Positions 1 through 6,298 of a stretch of 8,955 bases of DNA are shown here, in pieces (the stretch's first letter is position 1; each line of letters opens with the position of its first letter). A model generated the notes under the pieces. That model was not told the origin of the DNA. It made no database searches and saw only the letters and a list, made by a program, of their open reading frames with translations. The DNA is taken from positions 1 through 8,955 of IMG/VR virus record IMGVR_UViG_3300029214_000257, one strand, 5' to 3'. This DNA is from a virus. Its lineage: Duplodnaviria; Heunggongvirae; Uroviricota; Caudoviricetes. Both the position numbers and the translations under genes were made by a program.

Positions 1-258
1 ATGCAAACCGTTATTTTTGGTCGTCCGGGTTGCCATTACTGTGTGCGTGCAAAAGATCTGGCTGAGAAATTGAGCAATGAACGCGATGATTTTCAGTATC
101 AGTATGTAGATATTCGTGCGGAAGGGATCACTAAAGAAGATCTACAACAAAAGGCAGGTAAACCCGTAGAAACCGTGCCGCAGATTTTTGTCGATCAGCA
201 ACATATCGGCGGCTATACCGATTTTGCTGCATGGGTGAAAGAAAATCTGGACGCCTGA
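1..258 (+). CDS. grxA: glutaredoxin 1
   Basis: Complete 85-aa ORF starting at ATG 1, recognisable as E. coli-type Grx1 along its length (recalled sequence). The active-site CxxC reads C11-H12-Y13-C14 (tgc cat tac tgt, nt 31-42) rather than the canonical CPYC. Stop at 256-258. Confidence 0.9.
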   Translation: MQTVIFGRPGCHYCVRAKDLAEKLSNERDDFQYQYVDIRAEGITKEDLQQKAGKPVETVPQIFVDQQHIGGYTDFAAWVKENLDA

Positions 259-268
259 TCGTCTGACA

Positions 269-287
269 AGCCCTCGCGTTGAGGGCT
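269..287. terminator. Stem-loop AGCCCTC-gcgtt-GAGGGCT between convergent grxA and ybjM; likely bidirectional terminator
   Basis: 7-bp GC-rich inverted repeat directly after the grxA stop and abutting the ybjM stop (288-290), followed on the plus strand by ttactgatttttt. Confidence 0.45.
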
Positions 288-665
288 TTACTGATTTTTT
301 CTGTGCTGTGGTTTAAACAAACTACTGATAAATAAGAAACACAGTGCCCCCAGCGCACACCAGAACACCGCGCTTAGTAACCATGCCAGCTCTTGCCAGA
401 ATGAGCGCGTCGGTGAAAAAAACAGCCGCATAATGAGCATCGAACAGGGTGCCGCCAGCATTGCGCCAAACAGAGGTTTCAGGACTTCTCTACGCTGTGA
501 AAAGAAGCTGGCGACTGCTCCAGGAAGAATGAAAAATAGCAAGCCGATTTCAGGATGCCCGGCAGCCCGAAAAGCGCCTTTCATGTGCGTCGCCAGAAAA
601 AGGCACACCACAATGAAGAGGACAAAACAGCAGATTGCCCCCGCCCAACGTTGTTTATGTTTCAC
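288..665 (-). CDS. ybjM: small inner-membrane protein YbjM
   Basis: 125-aa ORF with hydrophobic, multi-helix composition; position between grxA and ybjL matches the E. coli gene order as I recall it. Confidence 0.8.
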   Translation of the reverse strand: MKHKQRWAGAICCFVLFIVVCLFLATHMKGAFRAAGHPEIGLLFFILPGAVASFFSQRREVLKPLFGAMLAAPCSMLIMRLFFSPTRSFWQELAWLLSAVFWCALGALCFLFISSLFKPQHRKNQ

Positions 666-934
666 TCGTTCCTCCTGACACTGCGTCTATCGAACACATT
701 TTTCGCCAGTGTGGCGTTCAGTAAGATAAAGCCGCTTCGCATTCCATGCTAATATAGGCCAACGCAATTCATATAGCCGTTGATACCTAATGTGATTACA
801 CTAGTAAAATATATTGTTACTTTACTATCGTTTAGGTGCGCTGAATGAATCTGCGCCCTGAATTCTGGTAAAAAACATTATCGTAAATTACCATTTCTTT
901 CAACAGCTTACTAGTAAACAAGAAGTTAGCCTCC

Positions 935-2620
935 GTGAATATAAACGTCGCCGAATTGTTAAATGGGAATTACATTCTGTTATTATTTGTGGTCCTCGCG
1001 CTTGGGCTATGTCTCGGAAAGTTACGACTTGGTTCGATCCAACTGGGTAATTCCATTGGCGTTTTAGTCGTATCGCTGTTATTAGGCCAACAACATTTCA
1101 GCATTAACACCGATGCGCTTAATCTTGGCTTTATGCTGTTTATTTTCTGCGTCGGGGTCGAAGCCGGACCGAACTTTTTTTCCATTTTTTTTCGCGATGG
1201 GAAAAATTACCTAATGTTAGCACTGGTGATGGTTGGCAGTGCGCTGGTGATCGCCTTAGGGTTAGGTAAGCTGTTTGGCTGGGATATTGGCCTGACGGCC
1301 GGTATGTTAGCAGGCTCTATGACGTCGACACCGGTTCTGGTCGGTGCTGGCGATACACTGCGTCATTCCGGCATGGAAAGCAGGCAGCTCTCACTGGCAC
1401 TGGATAATCTGAGCCTCGGGTATGCCTTAACCTATTTAATCGGTCTGGTGAGTTTGATTGTTGGTGCGCGTTACTTGCCGAAATTGCAGCATCAGGACTT
1501 ACAGACCAGCGCCCAGCAAATCGCCCGCGAACGTGGCCTGGACACTGATGCCAACCGTAAGGTTTATTTACCGGTGATCCGCGCCTATCGCGTCGGCCCG
1601 GAACTGGTGGCCTGGACCGACGGCAAAAATCTGCGTGAACTGGGTATTTATCGACAAACCGGCTGCTACATTGAACGTATTCGACGTAACGGGATTCTGG
1701 CAAATCCAGACGGTGATGCCGTGCTACAAATGGGCGATGAAATAGCGTTGGTAGGCTATCCCGACGCCCATGCCCGACTCGATCCCAGCTTCCGTAACGG
1801 TAAAGAAGTTTTCGATCGTGACCTTCTCGACATGCGTATCGTCACTGAAGAAGTGGTCGTTAAAAACCATAACGCTGTAGGTAAACGTCTCGCACAACTG
1901 AAGTTGACCGATCACGGTTGCTTCCTTAACCGCGTCATTCGTAGCCAGATTGAGATGCCGATAGATGACAACGTCGTGCTTAACAAAGGTGACGTTTTAC
2001 AAGTCAGCGGTGATGCCCGTCGCGTAAAAACCATCGCCGATCGCATCGGCTTTATCTCGATTCACAGCCAGGTCACTGACCTGCTGGCATTTTGCGCCTT
2101 CTTTGTTATTGGGCTGATGATCGGGATGATCACCTTCCAGTTCAGCACATTCAGTTTCGGCATGGGGAACGCTGCCGGGTTGTTATTCGCCGGAATTATG
2201 CTGGGCTTTATGCGTGCTAACCACCCGACCTTCGGTTACATTCCGCAAGGTGCATTAAGCATGGTGAAAGAGTTCGGCTTGATGGTGTTTATGGCAGGCG
2301 TTGGTCTGAGCGCCGGTAGCGGTATTAATAACGGCCTGGGCGCGATTGGCGGTCAGATGTTGATTGCCGGATTAATTGTCAGTCTTGTGCCCGTGGTTAT
2401 CTGTTTCTTGTTCGGTGCTTATGTATTGCGAATGAACCGCGCACTGTTGTTCGGCGCAATGATGGGCGCACGCACCTGCGCGCCGGCAATGGAGATCATC
2501 AGTGATACAGCTCGCAGTAACATCCCTGCGCTGGGCTACGCGGGCACCTACGCAATCGCCAACGTCCTGCTGACGCTGGCAGGGACAATCATCGTCATGG
2601 TATGGCCAGGATTAGGATAA
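935..2620 (+). CDS. ybjL: putative AAE-family transporter YbjL (two transporter halves flanking two RCK/TrkA-C-like domains)
   Basis: 561-aa ORF with GTG start at 935. Hydrophobic N- and C-terminal halves with a soluble central region (about residues 190-370). Length and synteny fit E. coli ybjL. Confidence 0.9.
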
Positions 2621-2732
2621 AACTGAAGTTGCCCTGAAAATGAAATTTTTTTGCACAACCGCAGAACTTTTCCGCAGGGCATCAGTCTTAATTAGTGCCA
2701 CTGCTTTTCTTTGATGTCCCCATTTTGTGGAG

Positions 2733-2775
2733 CCCATCAACCCCGCCATTTCGGTTCAAGGTTGATGGGTTTTTT
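2733..2775 (+). terminator. rho-independent terminator downstream of ybjL
   Basis: CCCATCAACC (2733-2742) pairs with GGTTGATGGG (2760-2769), then TTTTTT (2770-2775). About 113 nt after the ybjL stop. Confidence 0.5.
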
Positions 2776-2833
2776 GTTGCCTGAAATTTATGCTATTTAA
2801 AATCATGATGTTAGAAGCACTGTTTTTTAACGA

Positions 2834-2855
2834 TGGCGACAAAATGGCGGCAGCG
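2834..2855. repeat. 22-bp direct repeat copy 1 (candidate attR core): TGGCGACAAAATGGCGGCAGCG
   Basis: Matches 8916-8937 (TGGCGACAAAGTGGCGGCAGCG) at 21 of 22 positions in the same orientation. It ends exactly at the ogr-like stop codon (2856-2858, minus strand). Confidence 0.55.
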
Positions 2856-3074
2856 TCAAAGAGAGAGCTCCACCTGTCCTGATTTCATTGGATGCGGCTG
2901 AACCGGATTTGACTCTTTTGGCGTTGCAATCGAACGAACAAAAGTTTCATGGGTAACAAAAGTATGGCTGCAGTTAATGTTCTGGCACTGGTTGTAACGT
3001 TCTTTGGTCAATGAAGATACCTGAAAACTGCTGCGAGTATGGGCGGCACTTCCACACAGTGGGCAAATCATCAT
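2856..3074 (-). CDS. ogr: Ogr/Delta-family zinc-finger late-gene transcription activator
   Basis: 72-aa product from ATG at 3074 (MMICPLCGSAAH...CQNINCSHTF...). Cys4 spacing and length match P2 Ogr (72 aa, recalled). Lies directly downstream of the D fragment as in P2. The ORF track's 83-aa version starts 11 codons upstream. Confidence 0.75.
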   Translation of the reverse strand: MMICPLCGSAAHTRSSFQVSSLTKERYNQCQNINCSHTFVTHETFVRSIATPKESNPVQPHPMKSGQVELSL

Positions 3075-3164
3075 TTTTCGAGTTCTCCCCATTTTTGCTA
3101 AATTCACAATAATGATACCGCATTATTCCATTTTGCAAACTTAAAAGTTCTCCATTGCGAAGAA

Positions 3165-3605
3165 TCATTCCATTTCGAAATCATCAATCCTCACTTCAAG
3201 CTCCAGACTGGTCGTAAAACCATTATCCGGGCTGACGGTATGAGTCAGAGTCGTAATGGTCCATTCCGCATCATCTATCGGTTGTTTAAAGCCACTAACT
3301 TTCACTGGCATTTCCGTGTAAAGATCTGCCCGCCCTTCCGCCAGTTGTAGCGAGAATGACGCAACGCCGCGTTGCAGGCGTTCCCACTGCATTTTCGCTG
3401 CCCGTTCAGCGTTGCTCCGGTTGGCATAAGTGCGATTAAGTACCAGCACGTTTTCATCCGTACCCACCAGGTAATCGCCCTGCTTCGCTTCCGGCTCTTT
3501 CTTCTGCTTCTTAGTTCTGCGCTTACGCTTCACCGTGGTGCTTTCTTTCTTCGCAGGTTCGCGGGTATGCAACCAGCTGGCAATTACGCCCGTGTAAACG
3601 CCCAA
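3165..3605 (-). pseudogene. C-terminal fragment of P2 gpD-like tail protein (D')
   Basis: Translation (GVYTGVIASWLHTRE...LQRGVASFSLQLAEGRADLY...LELEV...) resembles the C-terminal third of P2 gpD from memory. No ATG start: the frame opens with TTG at 3605 and is open up to 3626. Sits immediately upstream of ogr as in P2. Confidence 0.55.
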
Positions 3606-4062
3606 TCTGTGCCCACTGTTCGGTGGTCAACTTAGGACGGCGTCCACCTACTCTGCCTTTGGCACGAGCTGCAGCCAGCCCTGCCCTGGTACGTTCAACT
3701 ATCAGTTCGCGTTCCATTTCAGCCAGGGCACCCATGACATGAAAAAAGAAACGGCCCATTGGGGTACTGGTATCAATACTGTCAGTCAGGCTTCTGAAAT
3801 TCACACCACGCTGGCGCAACTCTTCTATCAGCGTAACAAGATGCCGCATACTGCGCCCCAACCTGTCCAGCTTCCAGACAACCAGCGTGTCTCCTGCCGA
3901 TAGTGTCCTGAGTAGTTTTTTCAGCCCCGGTCTGTCGGACTTAGTGCCACTGATTTTGTCCTCAAAAATCTGCTCACATCCCGCGCAATTCAGTGCATTA
4001 CGTTGCAAATCGGTGTTCTGGTCATTTGTTGACACGCGTACATAGCCAATAAGCATGATCAT
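3523..4062 (-). pseudogene. truncated Pin/Gin/Hin-family serine DNA invertase (catalytic domain only; C-terminal HTH lost)
   Basis: N-terminal about 156 aa (LIGYVRVSTNDQ...DTLVVWKLDRLGRS...GRFFFHVMGALAEMERE...) closely resembles e14 Pin from memory. Homology stops after ...TEQWAQIGRL near nt 3595 and the frame runs into unrelated sequence before the stop at 3523. Confidence 0.75.
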
Positions 4063-4112
4063 CCCCCTGAATAAAAACCGGAGATGATGCCAGTTAGCTG
4101 TTACCTCTGCAT

Positions 4113-4138
4113 TTTCTTAAACGTTGGTTTGGGAGAAG
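4113..4138. other. candidate gix/hix-like invertase crossover site (TTTTCTTAAACG TT GGTTTGGGAGAA)
   Basis: 26-bp imperfect inverted repeat matching recalled gix/hix sites at about 17 of 26 positions. Located about 50 bp upstream of the invertase start, the usual site-invertase arrangement. Confidence 0.3.
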
Positions 4139-4350
4139 CCAGATATCAGCGTTGAATCTTCAGTCAGATCGGTAAGCAGCCAGATTTCTGGTGCGGTTAA
4201 TAAATGAGGTTGAGCTGGGTTCAGCTTGTTCCGCAGAATCTGCACATTCATGCCAGCACGTTCTGCCAGTTGCACCAGGTTGTGGCGCAATGCGAATGCA
4301 CGACAGGCTTCATCAAAATGTGGATGTTTGGAAACTTGGTAATCAAACAT
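4117..4350 (-). pseudogene. truncated CII-like HTH regulator (186 CII-type N-terminal domain only)
   Basis: 77 aa from ATG 4350 ([45 protein letters not shown]...). Clear HTH, resembles the N-terminus of phage 186 CII from memory. Ends at about 77 aa versus about 169 expected. SD AGAGG 9 nt upstream. Lies downstream of the apl-like gene as in 186. Confidence 0.5.
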
Positions 4351-4382
4351 GGTCAATGCCTCTGATGTATTTCAGAATCGAA

Positions 4383-4604
4383 CTAATTAAGGTTTAGATT
4401 GCATTCTGAAAGCGCATCAACGGTCATGGCTGCTATGTTGATCATCACTTTTTCGCGTTTTTTATCTTTCCGCAGACGGTGACGGATAAGACGTCCATCA
4501 GCCAACATGTCATTGATAGTATCGATGGATAGCCCTGTCAGCTCGCTATAACGTTCAATAGTCACATGAGGCGTGGTAAGAGTGATTGAAATGTTATGTT
4601 TCAT
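4383..4604 (-). CDS. Apl/Cox-like excisionase / lytic-operon first gene (small HTH protein)
   Basis: 73-aa ORF with an AlpA/excisionase-like HTH ([23 protein letters not shown]). Divergent from cI and first gene of the apl-cII-type operon. Confidence 0.5.
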   Translation of the reverse strand: MKHNISITLTTPHVTIERYSELTGLSIDTINDMLADGRLIRHRLRKDKKREKVMINIAAMTVDALSECNLNLN

Positions 4605-4729
4605 GATGCAACATTCCTCGTTTAATGTTGATTAATCAGGACGAATACGGATCGTTTGTATTTTGTGAACATCATAAACATACGATCGCATAATGAAATC
4701 GTCAAGACAAAAGTTCACTTGGAGTGACC
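4605..4729. promoter_or_regulatory. lysis/lysogeny switch region between divergent apl-like and cI-like genes
   Basis: 125-bp AT-rich intergenic region. Minus-strand candidate promoter: -35 TTGACG (4705-4700), 17-bp spacer, -10 TATGTT (4682-4677). GTGAAC (4666-4671) and GTTCAC (4713-4718) form an inverted pair. Palindrome CGATCG at 4683-4688. Confidence 0.4.
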
Positions 4730-5299
4730 ATGAATTTGGAGAAAGGCGGACGAGGCGCTATAGAGCGCATGGTAGAAGCATATGGCTTCAAGACTCGACA
4801 GGCGTTGTGCGATCACTTAGGAATCTCTAAAAGTACTCTCGCCACACGCTATATGCGTGACTCATTCCCTGCTGAATGGGTAATCCAGTGCGCACTTGAA
4901 ACGGGCGCCTCGCTTAACTGGCTCACGACCGGACATGGTTCAAAGCAAACTTCAGGTAATACAAATACTATGGAAGTCGTTAAATATGTATTATCTGATG
5001 GAACCTTGCAGGAAGATGGTTTTTATATTTTCGATAAAGAATTTCTACCATCTACGCTCAAAAATCCGTTTGTAATCACCGATAACAATTCCGTTTTTAT
5101 TTGCGATAAAGAGTTTAACGATATTCGTGACGGCAAATGGGTAATAAGTATTGATGCCGAAGTAACAATCCGCGATATCACTCGTTTACCTGGTGGAAGA
5201 ATCTTAGTTGAAGGTGGAAATAGGGCTTTCGAATGTAAAAAAGAAGAAATCGAAATTATTGGAAAAATTATAACCATAACAGTTAAGTACTTTGAGTAA
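4730..5299 (+). CDS. cI: 186-type CI immunity repressor (N-terminal HTH domain plus C-terminal oligomerisation domain)
   Basis: 189 aa from ATG 4730, with GGAG SD 5 nt upstream (the ORF track starts at an in-frame GTG at 4724). The N-terminal domain (GGRGAIERMVEAYGFKTRQALCDHLGISKSTLATRYMRDSFPAEWVIQCALETGASLNWL) looks like the 186 CI DNA-binding domain. Length matches 186 CI (about 192 aa). Confidence 0.8.
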   Translation: MNLEKGGRGAIERMVEAYGFKTRQALCDHLGISKSTLATRYMRDSFPAEWVIQCALETGASLNWLTTGHGSKQTSGNTNTMEVVKYVLSDGTLQEDGFYIFDKEFLPSTLKNPFVITDNNSVFICDKEFNDIRDGKWVISIDAEVTIRDITRLPGGRILVEGGNRAFECKKEEIEIIGKIITITVKYFE

Positions 5300-5349
5300 T
5301 ATAGGAATGTTTTTATGCTTGGTAAAGCATTTGTTGTGGTGTAAAAAAT

Positions 5350-6273
5350 ATGTCAACTCAAAAATTAAAATTTAGCCATATCAAAAACGATCTGAAAGCA
5401 ATAGTCATGCAGAATCGTGGAGGGCAAAAAGTTATTGAGCGTATACTCCTAGCCTATGGCTTCAAGTCACGACAGGCATTATGTAATCATCTAGGTATTT
5501 CCCAAAGTACTATGGCCAACAGATATGCACGTAATACCTTTCCTGCAGATTGGGTTGTTATATGTTCCATAGAAACAGGAGCATCAATTGAATGGTTAGT
5601 TCTTGGTTCAGATACTGCTCCTTCATCAGAGCAATATTCTGAAAAACATGCCGTTAATGGCCTTTGCAATGAAGTATACATTCCCACTATAAAGTTCGAT
5701 AATGAAAAACTCATGAATTTTAACCGAGGAGGTAAGGCAACAATAGAACGAATTGTCGAGGCTTACGGTTACAAAACGCGCCAAGCATTAGCTGATCACC
5801 TAGGTATTTCAAAAAGCACATTAGCCACACGATACATGCGTGACATTTTTCCTGCAGACTGGGTTTTGCAGTGTGCAATAGAAACGGGCCATTCTATTGA
5901 ATGGATTTCATTTGGTACAGGAGAAATGAAAAACGCAAAAAATAAAGATACTTTAACATTAGTGAAAAAAGTATTAATCAATGGCAAGTTAATAAATGAT
6001 GGCTCATATTTATTTGACCCATGTTTTCTACCTTCCAATTTAAAAAATGCATTCGTAGTATCTACCGAAGGCTCTGAATTAATATGTGAAATGGGTTTTA
6101 AAGATGTACATGATGGTAAGTGGCTAGTAAATATTGATGGAGAGAATTCATTTAGAATGATAACTCGACTACCTAAAGGACGAGTTTATATTTCATCCAA
6201 AAATCACTCTTTTGAATGTTCGCTTACAGACATTGAGTTTATTGCAAAAGTTATTATAAGTTGTTTACATTAA
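5350..6273 (+). CDS. CI-repressor paralogue with tandemly duplicated N-terminal HTH domain plus CI-like C-terminal domain
   Basis: 307-aa ORF. Residues about 24-86 and 127-189 are two copies of the CI N-terminal domain (copy 2 is about 75% identical to the adjacent cI N-terminal domain). Residues about 200-307 parallel the cI C-terminal domain (VVKYVLSDGTL...DGKW in cI versus LVKKVLINGKL...DGKW here). Alternative start at M20 (5407). Confidence 0.75.
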   Translation: MSTQKLKFSHIKNDLKAIVMQNRGGQKVIERILLAYGFKSRQALCNHLGISQSTMANRYARNTFPADWVVICSIETGASIEWLVLGSDTAPSSEQYSEKHAVNGLCNEVYIPTIKFDNEKLMNFNRGGKATIERIVEAYGYKTRQALADHLGISKSTLATRYMRDIFPADWVLQCAIETGHSIEWISFGTGEMKNAKNKDTLTLVKKVLINGKLINDGSYLFDPCFLPSNLKNAFVVSTEGSELICEMGFKDVHDGKWLVNIDGENSFRMITRLPKGRVYISSKNHSFECSLTDIEFIAKVIISCLH

Positions 6274-6298
6274 GTAAATTTTTCATGGAGACTTCATA

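Noticed and set aside
131-752. ORFs 131-358 (-), 433-678 (+) and 555-752 (+) overlapping grxA and ybjM
   Set aside because: Each overlaps a recognisable gene on the opposite strand or in another frame. Arg/Ser/Pro-rich composition typical of spurious frames.
1317-1915. Minus-strand ORFs of 128 and 63 aa inside ybjL
   Set aside because: Fully embedded antisense in a well-supported conserved gene. GC-rich coding regions commonly give such open frames.
2621-2833. Possible tRNA or sRNA integration target just outside the left att core
   Set aside because: I could not identify a tRNA cloverleaf or conserved tRNA features by eye. The only clear structure is the terminator hairpin at 2733-2775. 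An sRNA derived from the ybjL 3'UTR cannot be excluded but has no specific support.
2974-3168. 64-aa minus-strand ORF overlapping ogr, and the 83-aa N-terminally extended form of ogr
   Set aside because: The overlapping ORF is an alternative frame of ogr. The 11-codon extension is not supported by homology to 72-aa Ogr; the downstream ATG at 3074 is preferred.
3372-3635. 87-aa plus-strand ORF across the invertase/D' junction
   Set aside because: Antisense to two recognisable phage gene fragments, with low-complexity Leu/Phe/Arg-rich translation.
4191-4397. 68-aa plus-strand ORF opposite the cII-like gene
   Set aside because: Antisense to a gene fragment with clear HTH homology. No SD and no recognisable domain.
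5023-5277. 84-aa minus-strand ORF inside cI
   Set aside because: Antisense open frame in AT-rich sequence; Ile/Ser-rich, low-complexity translation.
5487-6038. Two minus-strand ORFs (5487-5714, 75 aa; 5796-6038, 80 aa) with similar C-termini (...WEIPR and ...FEIPR)
   Set aside because: They are the antisense shadow of the two duplicated HTH-coding repeats in the 307-aa gene. Their similarity reflects the tandem duplication on the plus strand, not real genes.
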